Source: Leptolyngbyaceae cyanobacterium (GTDB lineage Bacteria > Cyanobacteriota > Cyanobacteriia > Phormidesmidales > Phormidesmidaceae). Taken from it: a stretch of 18,223 nucleotides of DNA. A program made the translations under genes and the position numbers. Below the pieces are notes generated by a model, which saw only the letters and a list, made by a program, of their open reading frames with translations, did no database searches and was not told the origin of the DNA. The stretch spans positions 1 through 18,223 of the forward strand of contig JBHJHA010000003.1 in NCBI GenBank assembly GCA_050331235.1. Reading direction: 5' to 3'. Below, piece after piece: positions 9,849-18,084 of this stretch; position 1 is the stretch's first letter, and each line of letters begins with the position of its first letter.

Positions 9849-10064
9849 TAAGAATAATTTTTTCTAATACTACTTTTACAAACCTGTGTCTTGGTCCTTG
9901 CATCGTGGCGAGGCACGCTATCCTTAACCCCCAAATTTTGTAATTAGTCATCTTTGATGACTGGTTATATCTCAAGCTCTTGTGTTGATTGATTTTGGCG
10001 TTCGTTCTGCTGATTGGGCAACACGTCGCCTTGCCGTTGCTAGCTACTAAACAGGATTTCTGCC

Positions 10065-11678
10065 GTGACTCCCCAAACTCACACTCCCACTACTACGACT
10101 GAGCCCAGCACCACCGCCCTCAATCGACAGCTTTTAGTCATCCTCGATTTTGGTTCTCAATATTCTGAGTTAATTGCCCGTCGCATTCGCGAAACTGAAG
10201 TGTATTCCGAAGTGCTATCCTACCGGACTTCAGCTGAGCAACTCAAACAGCTCAACCCCAAGGGCATTATTCTTTCGGGAGGACCAAGTTCAGTCTATGA
10301 CCAGGGTGCCCCTCACTGTGATGCCGAAATCTGGAACTTGGGAGTGCCAGTATTAGGTGTCTGCTATGGTATGCAGCTCATGGTGCAGCAACTTGGAGGT
10401 CAGGTCGAGCGCGCCGCTCGCGCGGAATACGGTAAAGCCTCTTTGCAAATCGATGACCCCACGGATTTGCTCACCAATGTTGCAGATGGCTCCACCATGT
10501 GGATGAGTCATGGCGACTCAGTAACGCAAATGCCCAATGGCTTCGAGGTTTTGGCCCACACAGACAATACTCCGAGTGCGGCGATCGCCGATCACGAGCG
10601 GAAGTTCTATGGAGTTCAATTTCACCCTGAGGTGGTGCACTCCACCGATGGCCAGTCGCTGATTCGCAACTTTGTCTATCACATCTGTGACTGTCAACCC
10701 ACGTGGACTACAGAAGCTTTTATCGAAGAAGCCATGCGTGAGGTGCGCGCCAAGGTGGGCGATCGCCGGGTACTGTTGGCTCTTTCTGGCGGCGTCGACT
10801 CTTCGACCCTGGCCTTTTTGCTCCATCGAGCCATTGGCGACAAGCTCACTTGCATGTTCATAGACCAAGGGTTTATGCGTAAAGGTGAGCCTGAACGCTT
10901 AGTCACGCTGTTCGAAGAGCAGTTCCACATCAATGTCAGCTACGTCAATGCCCGCGATCGCTTTTTAGACAAAGTCAAAGGCGTGACTGACCCGGAAGAA
11001 AAGCGAAAACGCATTGGCCATGAGTTCATTCGCGTCTTTGAAGAGGAATCCCGTCGTCTCGGTCCCTTCGACTATTTAGCTCAGGGAACGCTTTACCCTG
11101 ACGTCATCGAGTCTGCCGATACCAACGTTGATCCCAAAACCGGGGAGCGGGTCGCGGTAAAAATTAAGAGCCACCACAACGTAGGTGGATTGCCTAAGGA
11201 TCTCCAATTCAAATTGGTGGAGCCCCTGCGCAAACTCTTTAAGGACGAGGTAAGAAAGTTGGGCCGCTCCCTCGGTCTCCCAGAGGAAATTGTGCGTCGC
11301 CATCCTTTTCCAGGTCCCGGCCTAGCGATTCGAATTTTAGGAGAAGTGACCGCAGAAAAGCTCAACATCCTAAGGGATGCGGACTATATTGTGCGTCAGG
11401 AAATTCGTGATCGCGGTCTATACCACGACTTTTGGCAGGCCTTTGCGGTGTTGTTGCCGGTTCGCAGCGTTGGCGTCATGGGCGATCAGCGCACCTACGC
11501 TTACCCCATCGTGCTGCGCTGTGTCTCCAGCGAAGACGGCATGACTGCCGACTGGTCGCGCGCACCCTATGACCTATTAGAAGCCATTTCCAACCGCATT
11601 GTTAATGAGGTTAAGGGGGTTAACCGGGTTGTATACGACATCACCTCTAAGCCCCCTGGAACCATCGAGTGGGAATAG
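10065..11678 (+). CDS. guaA: Glutamine-hydrolyzing GMP synthase
   Basis: Motifs [54 protein letters not shown] and terminal KPPGTIEWE. Confidence 0.99.
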   Translation: MTPQTHTPTTTTEPSTTALNRQLLVILDFGSQYSELIARRIRETEVYSEVLSYRTSAEQLKQLNPKGIILSGGPSSVYDQGAPHCDAEIWNLGVPVLGVCYGMQLMVQQLGGQVERAARAEYGKASLQIDDPTDLLTNVADGSTMWMSHGDSVTQMPNGFEVLAHTDNTPSAAIADHERKFYGVQFHPEVVHSTDGQSLIRNFVYHICDCQPTWTTEAFIEEAMREVRAKVGDRRVLLALSGGVDSSTLAFLLHRAIGDKLTCMFIDQGFMRKGEPERLVTLFEEQFHINVSYVNARDRFLDKVKGVTDPEEKRKRIGHEFIRVFEEESRRLGPFDYLAQGTLYPDVIESADTNVDPKTGERVAVKIKSHHNVGGLPKDLQFKLVEPLRKLFKDEVRKLGRSLGLPEEIVRRHPFPGPGLAIRILGEVTAEKLNILRDADYIVRQEIRDRGLYHDFWQAFAVLLPVRSVGVMGDQRTYAYPIVLRCVSSEDGMTADWSRAPYDLLEAISNRIVNEVKGVNRVVYDITSKPPGTIEWE

Positions 11679-11767
11679 TTTTGTCCAGGATTTTGAATTT
11701 GGGTCAGTATTTTCCCGCTCTAAAGCTGCTAACCCCTTTATCTAAAGCATGACAGTTGCTTACGCTC

Positions 11768-11809
11768 AAAAGCACTCGAGATGCATGATGAAAATGCGCC
11801 TTGAGTGCT
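11768..11809 (-). terminator. Stem-loop between convergent guaA and clpP, probable intrinsic terminator
   Basis: AGCACTCGAGATGCAT-GATGAAA-ATGCGCCTTGAGTGCT forms an imperfect 16-bp stem, followed by a short T run on the - strand. Confidence 0.6.
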
Positions 11810-11842
11810 AAGGGGTAATCAAGTTTGCGACAGCCGATATAG

Positions 11843-12448
11843 CTACGCCACTGGAGTAGGTCGGCCACCTACAGAATGGCGATCGATGACTTGGTCAATC
11901 AGGCCATATTCCATCGCCTCGTGGGGAGACATGAAAAAGTCACGCTCAGTATCAGCAGCAATCTTATCAAGAGGCTGACCAGTATTTTCGGCTAAGGCTT
12001 TGTTTAACAAATCCTTGAGATATAAAATCTCTTTCGCCTGAATTTCGATATCCGTAGCCTGGCCTTGGGCGCCCCCCAACGGCTGGTGGATCATAATACG
12101 AGAGTTGGGCAAGCTCATACGTTTACCGTTCTTCCCGGCAGTGAGCAAAAACGCCCCCATACTTGCAGCGAGACCGACACAAATCGTGCAAACATCCGGA
12201 CGAATGTGGTTCATAGTATCAAAGATACCTAACCCAGCCGACACCGAACCACCGGGGGAATTAATGTAGAGGTAGATATCCTTCTCTGGATCTTCGGCCT
12301 CCAAAAACAGCATCTGCGCCACAATCAGGTTTGCCGAATCAGCCGTAACCTCCTGACCCAAAAATACAATGCGCTCTCGCAACAGGCGAGAGTAAATGTC
12401 AAAGGCCCGCTCACCGCGGCCAGACTGTTCAATAACGGTTGGAATCAT
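11843..12448 (-). CDS. clpP: ATP-dependent Clp protease proteolytic subunit (ClpP1 type)
   Basis: [32 protein letters not shown]-terminus; catalytic triad S (GLAASMG), H (MIHQP) and D (ERDFFM). Confidence 0.97.
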   Translation of the reverse strand: MIPTVIEQSGRGERAFDIYSRLLRERIVFLGQEVTADSANLIVAQMLFLEAEDPEKDIYLYINSPGGSVSAGLGIFDTMNHIRPDVCTICVGLAASMGAFLLTAGKNGKRMSLPNSRIMIHQPLGGAQGQATDIEIQAKEILYLKDLLNKALAENTGQPLDKIAADTERDFFMSPHEAMEYGLIDQVIDRHSVGGRPTPVA

Positions 12449-12488
12449 CGGCGTTTATTCCATCTACTGCTTTTATCTAATTCTACCG

Positions 12489-12515
12489 ATTTGACCGGAC
12501 AGTCGATGGTCAAAT
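12489..12515. promoter_or_regulatory. Perfect 8-bp inverted repeat in the clpP promoter region (candidate operator)
   Basis: ATTTGACC-N11-GGTCAAAT, lying 3 bp upstream of a TAGAAT -10-like hexamer on the - strand (12480-12485). Confidence 0.4.
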
Positions 12516-12592
12516 TACCGCCCTATCGGACTTAATTAGGTGAATTTTGCGAGGCGAGCTAACAAGCATGCGCTAAGCCGATTGGCATCGGC

Positions 12593-12793
12593 CTACATTA
12601 AGGTCGTAACAGTCGTAATAGCATCGCTGACCCGTTCAACCATTTGGGTTTTAGTTAGAAATTCACTGTAGTCGGCGACGGTATCAAGTCCAATCAGGCC
12701 CAGCACAATCTCGGCTGACAGCCACATCGTCCCTTTGACTAAAAATCTACGCCAGCGGACGGGCGAAGATTGACTCGGTTTTACTCCAGCCAT
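12593..12793 (-). CDS. Small conserved cyanobacterial hypothetical protein (~66 aa, one hydrophobic helix)
   Basis: Core motif WRRFLVKGTMWLSAEIVLGLIGLDTVADYSEF. ATG 12793 lies downstream of a TACAAT -10 element, so it is preferred over TTG 12871. A hairpin (GCCGAT-TGGC-ATCGGC, 12577-12592) follows the stop. Confidence 0.7.
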   Translation of the reverse strand: MAGVKPSQSSPVRWRRFLVKGTMWLSAEIVLGLIGLDTVADYSEFLTKTQMVERVSDAITTVTTLM

Positions 12794-12815
12794 TGTTCTC
12801 AACAAACTCAGCAGT

Positions 12816-12833
12816 CTTGTTAAGAATTGTAAA
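12816..12833 (-). promoter_or_regulatory. HLR1-like (RpaB) direct repeat overlapping a TACAAT -10 element
   Basis: The - strand reads TTTACAAT-TC-TTAACAAG against HLR1 consensus (G/T)TTACA(T/A)(T/A)-N2-(G/T)TTACA(T/A)(T/A). The first half is perfect and the second has 2 mismatches. Confidence 0.45.
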
Positions 12834-12869
12834 TCTGCTCTGTTGTCGTCCAGGTGCAGTCTTTGCTGC

Positions 12870-12894
12870 AAAAAGGGGCGGGTTTCCGCTCACC
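12870..12894 (-). terminator. Possible weak intrinsic terminator after the alkaline-phosphatase-family gene
   Basis: The - strand reads GGTGAGCGG-AAAC-CCGCCCC-TTTTT, starting 12 bp after the stop at 12906. Confidence 0.4.
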
Positions 12895-12905
12895 AGACTC
12901 AAAAT

Positions 12906-14294
12906 CTAAATAGCTAGTACTTTCCCTCGTAAATCTTTAGGTGTAGCCAAACCATAACGGTTCAGAAAAGTGGGCAGAATGTCGTAAAGCTGTGCCCCTT
13001 CTAGAACCTGGCCTTGCTTCGGCGATCGCGGATCATGAAAAACCATTAGCCCAAAGGGCGCATGATTGGCGTCGTCTGGCCCAGTATCATTTTCCACGGT
13101 ATACAAGTTATCCAGACCGACACTACCCACCGATCGCCAAGCCAAATCATCAAAATACACAATCAAGTCTGGGGCTCGTCCACGTACCTTTTGATAAATC
13201 TCCTGGGGGCGAAAGACTTTGACATTGAGCGGTTTTCCCGTTGGTGTAGTGAGCTGCGATAGCTTAGTCGTCAGTTCTTCTCGCAGCGGTTCGTAGTCAG
13301 CCATCGCGATGGTCCCTTCGGGTTCTCGTCCTTTAACATTCAAAAAGATTCGGGCGTAATAGCCACCCGCCCCCCAGACTTGAGTTTGTGTCCAGTCTAC
13401 GGCCGCTTCATTCAGAGAAACTGGCTGGGTTGGCGTTTCTTTGAGTGTGAGATAACCGTTTTTGATCAGCCACTCATTGATGCAGATACCCCCCATCAGC
13501 GGTTGTGCCCCATGATCAGAGACAACCAATACAGCTGTGTCTTCATCGCAAACACTCAACAGCTCACCAATGCGGGCATCGACGTGGACATAGTAATCAT
13601 GGATGGCTGTCGCAAAGGGGGAGTTCGGTTCATATTGTGGATGCAGAGGATCCATCGGTTTCCAAAAGGCATGGTGAATGCGATCAACTCCCATGTCCAC
13701 CAGCATCAAGAAATCAGGCTGATCCCGAATGATTAGTTTTGCGGCCAGGGTAAAGCGCTGATCACAGAGTTGAAAGAGGTTTTTGAGGATGCGCTCTTTT
13801 TCGTCTGAACGAAAGTTGGGAACATCCATCATGAAATCGGGCATCCAGGCGCGAATTTGCTCGGCGAGCTCTGGTGGATGAGTGAAAGGAGCATCCATAC
13901 CAGGGGTCAAAAAGCAGGATACTAAGTTGCCATTGATGGCATAGGGGGGCGACGTACCTGGCACACTCAGGGCATTGACCGTCCAGCCAGCCTCTCCAAG
14001 ATAATCCCACAGGCGCGGAAATTTTACCGCTCGGCCATCGGAAATACCCATGCTGTGATAATCGCGATCGCGCCGGTTGCGAAAGCCGTAGATGCCCAAC
14101 TCCCCAGGATCTCGACCGGTCATCATGCAGCTCCAAGCGGGCACAGTGATTGCCGGGATGCTGCTTTCTAGGCGGCCATAGCTCCCTTGGCCCATCAACC
14201 GACTGAGGTTGGGCAAGTCATCTCGCCAGCGCTCAAACACCAGCGATGGCTCCATACAGTCCAACCCAATGATCAGCAAGCGAGGAGTCGGCAT
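12906..14294 (-). CDS. Alkaline phosphatase superfamily protein (type I phosphodiesterase/nucleotide pyrophosphatase-like)
   Basis: IIGLD (metal-binding Asp), IPAITVPAW (Thr nucleophile), MMTG.DPG.LGIYGF, DRIHH, VVSDHG and DDANH. No signal peptide is evident. Confidence 0.9.
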   Translation of the reverse strand: MPTPRLLIIGLDCMEPSLVFERWRDDLPNLSRLMGQGSYGRLESSIPAITVPAWSCMMTGRDPGELGIYGFRNRRDRDYHSMGISDGRAVKFPRLWDYLGEAGWTVNALSVPGTSPPYAINGNLVSCFLTPGMDAPFTHPPELAEQIRAWMPDFMMDVPNFRSDEKERILKNLFQLCDQRFTLAAKLIIRDQPDFLMLVDMGVDRIHHAFWKPMDPLHPQYEPNSPFATAIHDYYVHVDARIGELLSVCDEDTAVLVVSDHGAQPLMGGICINEWLIKNGYLTLKETPTQPVSLNEAAVDWTQTQVWGAGGYYARIFLNVKGREPEGTIAMADYEPLREELTTKLSQLTTPTGKPLNVKVFRPQEIYQKVRGRAPDLIVYFDDLAWRSVGSVGLDNLYTVENDTGPDDANHAPFGLMVFHDPRSPKQGQVLEGAQLYDILPTFLNRYGLATPKDLRGKVLAI

Positions 14295-14485
14295 CGTGCA
14301 TTCTCTTTAATGGCTGTGCCTATTCTAGAATCTGTCCTCCTTTAAGAGTCACATCCTTACAGCGGCTAGATGATCGCCTCCCAGCCAGCCAAGTGAATGC
14401 GGGAGCGGTCACGCTGAGCTTCAAAGGTTTCTGAAATTAACGAATGACGCGCCCCGATAGAAATCCAGCTAAGGGATGTTGCCAA

Positions 14486-14869
14486 TTAGGCTTCCGGCTT
14501 TTCTGCCTCTGCCGCTCGCAAGGCTTTGAGCTCTGTTTCTAAACTTTCCAAGCGGGTCTGTAGCTGCTGGTTGGCTTCCAAGAGTTCTTGCGATCGCGCG
14601 CTCAAGTATGGGTCATTTTCCCACCAGTTGATACCCATTTCGCGGGCCTTATCAACCGACGCCACCAGCAGGCGGATGCGGATAGTCAGTAGCTCAGTAG
14701 AACCGACAGAAACCGAAATATCCCCCGCGATGACGATACCTTTGTCCAGCACTCGCTCTAGCACATCCACCAAAGTTGATCCTTGGGTGGCGGTAGCCAT
14801 GGGCCGCTGGTTAGCGCTGGCAGAGCGTGATAGGGATGGTCCGGTCATAATGGCCCTTGTATTTGGCAT
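14486..14869 (-). CDS. gvpJ: Gas vesicle protein GvpJ
   Basis: GvpA-like core STLVDVLERVLDKGIVIAGDISVSVGSTELL.IRIRLLVASVDKAREMGINWWENDPYLS plus a coiled-coil tail; position after gvpN. Exact start is uncertain. Confidence 0.93.
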   Translation of the reverse strand: MPNTRAIMTGPSLSRSASANQRPMATATQGSTLVDVLERVLDKGIVIAGDISVSVGSTELLTIRIRLLVASVDKAREMGINWWENDPYLSARSQELLEANQQLQTRLESLETELKALRAAEAEKPEA

Positions 14870-15049
14870 GCAGCCTGAGTAGTCAGGAAATCAGCAGTTT
14901 TTGACTCAGTTGTAGAAACTTAACCAACTCAGTAGCTACGACCGAACAGCCGTAGCGCTTCAATTATGAGTCATCCTAGTCAGAAGATCATCCTAAGTTT
15001 TGGGTCTGCCAAGACCTCAACTAGCGTGTACCTGGCCCGGAGCTAACTG

Positions 15050-16333
15050 CTATGGAGACTCGGTCGCGTGAGCTATCACCCGATAAATAGCAGGTTTACC
15101 AGAGCCATTGTGCTTTTCTAGGTAGCCAGAATCCACTAGCGATCGCAGCGCATCAACGGCTTTAAACCGAGTCAGAGAAAGTGCTGCCTCGATCTCTGCA
15201 AGCGAAGCAGCCGCCTGTTTCGTCACGAACTGTACGATACCGGCCTCAACCGGTCCCAAACCGTCGTTGGAGACTGGTTTTACCTCATCATCAGCGGGTG
15301 AGGAGACTAGTGGTAGCCCGTCGTCTGCTTTTGGCCCCTCTTCTGAGGAAAAATCAGATACAGATGCGGTTGCCGAGGGCTCGGCAATCGGCTCGGACAG
15401 AGGCTTCTCATCACTGGTCGCTGTCGCGGAGTTCAGCGCCATTGCCGTTTCCACCGTGAGTTCGTTAAACAGATCCCATAGAGTATGGGTAGCGGAAGAT
15501 AGCTCAGATGTCATGCGAGACAAGAGAATATCGCTGCACACATCGCGAAAGTCAGCATCCTCCGTCATAATTACTACACCGTGCTCATGACAAATATTAG
15601 CAATCATCAAGCTCGGGCGTAGACTGGTGGCGCATTGGCCGTTGGCCTGCCCCTGAAATGCTTTTACTAGCCGCACAATCAGCAAAGCATTGGCCGGTTC
15701 GATGCCGACTTTTTGCACCAAAATCTGCTGCTGGGTAAGCTCGTCTGGCTCCGGCATGTGAATCGTGATTAGGCGATCAAGCAGGGCATCCTGTGTACCG
15801 TGTACCCCGGCATACTCCTCTGGGTTAGAGGTGAAAATCGCTCGAAAATGAGGGTTGACCCGAAGATATTCAGGCCGGTGACCACTGGGCGGCAACACTA
15901 GTAGCTTTTCTTCTAGGGCGGATAGTAGAACGTTGTTGACCTCTGGACGAGACCGGTTGAACTCGTCGTACACCAGAGTGAAGCCCTCTCGGCAAGCGAG
16001 GGTCAGCCGGGAATCAACCCAATTGTGACGGAGTTCGTCCTCGACTTTGACCACGCTGTGGATGAAGTTGTCGACCACCTTTTTGCGGGTGTATCCCGAC
16101 TGATTCCCAATCAAATCCGAGGTTTTAAACTCGTCGTCGCCAAACACCAACATAATGGGACGGCTCAGGAGGTCGGCCAGATGCAGGGCCAGGGTCGTTT
16201 TGCCAGTGCCGGCAGGACCGCGTAAGTGAACGGAATAGCCGGATTGAAGGTATCGCAGGGCTCGACGTGCAATGCGTTCAACGGCTGGGGTACTCACAAA
16301 GTTGCGGGGGCGGGCTTGAAGAACAGTGCTCAC
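15050..16333 (-). CDS. gvpN: Gas vesicle AAA+ ATPase GvpN with acidic linker and C-terminal winged-helix-like domain
   Basis: Motifs [35 protein letters not shown] and [12 protein letters not shown]. The GTG start overlaps the gvpC stop (GTGA). Confidence 0.96.
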   Translation of the reverse strand: MSTVLQARPRNFVSTPAVERIARRALRYLQSGYSVHLRGPAGTGKTTLALHLADLLSRPIMLVFGDDEFKTSDLIGNQSGYTRKKVVDNFIHSVVKVEDELRHNWVDSRLTLACREGFTLVYDEFNRSRPEVNNVLLSALEEKLLVLPPSGHRPEYLRVNPHFRAIFTSNPEEYAGVHGTQDALLDRLITIHMPEPDELTQQQILVQKVGIEPANALLIVRLVKAFQGQANGQCATSLRPSLMIANICHEHGVVIMTEDADFRDVCSDILLSRMTSELSSATHTLWDLFNELTVETAMALNSATATSDEKPLSEPIAEPSATASVSDFSSEEGPKADDGLPLVSSPADDEVKPVSNDGLGPVEAGIVQFVTKQAAASLAEIEAALSLTRFKAVDALRSLVDSGYLEKHNGSGKPAIYRVIAHATESP

Positions 16334-17319
16334 AGAACGGCTTCCTCTTGAATACGGTAGGTTCTATCTTTTTGCACGATCAGCTCTTTTTGCAGCAGCG
16401 ATCGCAAAGCATCTACGGCTTGAAAGCGATTAATCCCCAAACTGGATTCAATCTCGGTCAAGCGGGCTCCACCTGACTGGGTTTGTAAAAAGTCAAAGAC
16501 CTCTTCCTCATTAGGTTTTGCGGCTTTGGCAAGCGTCACTTTAGAGACTGGTGCCGCCGCCGCTAAGGTCGCAGCCATAGGGCGGGCAGTTCCAGGCTGA
16601 GGCTTTGGACTAGCTTGACGCACCACTGATTTGCGGGCAGGCCGGCTGGGGGGTGTTGGTTCTGTCGCGGGCGACACCCTCGGGGTATCTCCCCAAACGG
16701 CTTGGCGGATGCCGGTTCGAAAGGCCTGGCGTTGCTGACGATAGAATGCGAAATCTGCTTGCATCGCGTCGACCTGCTCAGCCAGCGCCTCGCGATCGCG
16801 CTGGCGCTGGGTCTGCTCAGCCACGGCTGTAGCCTGGCGAGTTGCCGATATTTTCGTCAAATATTCTGAGACGGTTAGCTTCAGCTCATCTACAGATTCA
16901 GTCAACGCTTGCTTTTGCGGGTCGCGCTGGGCTAGGCGGGTGGTCTGATAATGAGTCAACTGCTCATGGGCTGCCTGCTTAAGCGCTGCCACTTCTGCCG
17001 AAATTGCTTCGAGCTCAAGTTGGTGCTCAGCTCGTTGGGCTGCTACAGCCTCCCGCAGTTCCATGTCAAAGCTCTGCAACTGATTAGCAGTCTCTCGAGA
17101 CATCGTCTGACGCTGCTGTCCAAGCTGAGATAAATACAAGCTGGTATCGACCTGCACAGATGCGTAATACGCCTCAAGGGCACGACGGAGGTTTGCCGCA
17201 GTTTGCTCGCGTATCTGTTGATGATGATTCAGGTTAGACAGGACTTCGTTTCGACGCTGAGCCAGCTCCGCTTGGCGTTTTTTTCGACTCGCTTGCCATT
17301 CTTCCTGGAGTGTCGCCAC
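16330..17319 (-). CDS. gvpC: Gas vesicle protein GvpC (divergent 33-residue repeats) with basic linker and C-terminal winged-helix-like domain
   Basis: Lies between gvpA and gvpN. Helical Q/A/R-rich region has 33-aa periodicity (L6, R13, mostly L24 and L31). Likely start is GTG 17319 preceded by GAGGGAG; the ORF track start is ATG 17358. Confidence 0.85.
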   Translation of the reverse strand: MATLQEEWQASRKKRQAELAQRRNEVLSNLNHHQQIREQTAANLRRALEAYYASVQVDTSLYLSQLGQQRQTMSRETANQLQSFDMELREAVAAQRAEHQLELEAISAEVAALKQAAHEQLTHYQTTRLAQRDPQKQALTESVDELKLTVSEYLTKISATRQATAVAEQTQRQRDREALAEQVDAMQADFAFYRQQRQAFRTGIRQAVWGDTPRVSPATEPTPPSRPARKSVVRQASPKPQPGTARPMAATLAAAAPVSKVTLAKAAKPNEEEVFDFLQTQSGGARLTEIESSLGINRFQAVDALRSLLQKELIVQKDRTYRIQEEAVL

Positions 17320-17481
17320 GATTGTCAACTCCCTCTCAAATTCAGTAATCGTAGACATGACTAATACCGATTTCCAGCGCGACCTCTATTCAAAAAAGGC
17401 CAGTAAAACTGAGCGATGAAAGAGCCTTCACGGTTTGTCTTTCAAAAGGTTGGAAATTCAGCAGACAGAATCAAGTAGTCC

Positions 17482-17526
17482 CCGTTTGACAGGAAAAATA
17501 CTTTTCAGCATTTTCCTGTCAAACGG
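17482..17526. repeat. Perfect 16-bp inverted repeat (stem-loop) between gvpA and gvpC
   Basis: CCGTTTGACAGGAAAA-N13-TTTTCCTGTCAAACGG. Confidence 0.85.
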
Positions 17527-17562
17527 AAAGATCCGAAATTGGCGAAATCGTCGCCGCTTGAA

Positions 17563-17781
17563 CTAGGTTGCAGGAACGGCTGCCTGTGTTGTTAGACCTA
17601 CCGCTTCGGCATACTTTAGATAAGTCTCGACTGACGCAATAACGACTCTTGCCTCAATAGCCAAGAGCTCGATACCCACGAGGGAAACACGAACCCAAGC
17701 ATCCACAACGATACCTTTGTCCAAAATGCGATCCACAACTTCAGCCAAGCTGGATGAAGAGTTTACTTTTTCAACAGCCAT
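17563..17781 (-). CDS. gvpA: Major gas vesicle structural protein GvpA (72 aa)
   Basis: [68 protein letters not shown] Shine-Dalgarno upstream of ATG 17781. Confidence 0.99.
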   Translation of the reverse strand: MAVEKVNSSSSLAEVVDRILDKGIVVDAWVRVSLVGIELLAIEARVVIASVETYLKYAEAVGLTTQAAVPAT

Positions 17782-18084
17782 GGTATTAAACCTCAATATC
17801 TGTTTGCTTCAGGAATTTAGAAACGACTATCTTAGCCTCAAGTTGGGTATCTCTATGGCTAGCAGTCCATTTCATGTTTTGCACAGGTTCATATTGCCCA
17901 GCCCTCAAAGGTCCTCAACACTCTTTACATATCAAAATGAATTTGTCAGTTTATTTAGCTCGGAGCAAAGTCTGAGGTCTTCTAAAAGTAATTGAGTAAA
18001 TTGAGGTATTTACTGATGTCAAAATCAATCGTTTCTCACGGATTTCAAACAACTTGAGACTAATCAATCAGTATTTTTACGAAC

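Larger units (their letters stand above)
1269..16799. repeat. HIP1 octamer GCGATCGC, dispersed (about 24 copies)
   Basis: Seen at 1269, 2680, 2910, 3434, 4169, 4567, 5020, 5280, 6629, 7199, 7848, 8663, 9164, 9552, 9713, 10581, 10759, 10954, 13022, 14064, 14590, 15139, 16398 and 16792. This is far above chance for an 8-mer. Confidence 0.92.

Noticed and set aside
11679..11842. Genomic island integrated at the 3' end of guaA (a known hotspot in other bacteria)
   Set aside because: No integrase or duplicated guaA end; clpP follows directly.
12836..12900. Riboswitch-like multi-hairpin upstream of the small protein
   Set aside because: It matches no riboswitch consensus I recognise and lies upstream of the apparent -10 element; better read as a terminator region.
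17782..17796. 77-aa GvpA starting at TTG 17796
   Set aside because: The conserved N-terminus is MAVEK, and the extension overlaps the GAGG ribosome-binding site.
17717..17995. 92-aa + strand ORF and other antisense or overlapping ORFs in the track (e.g. 1018-1419, 3449-3859, 4414-4908, 14526-14882)
   Set aside because: These are shadows of well-supported genes on the opposite strand or in another frame, with no motifs of their own.
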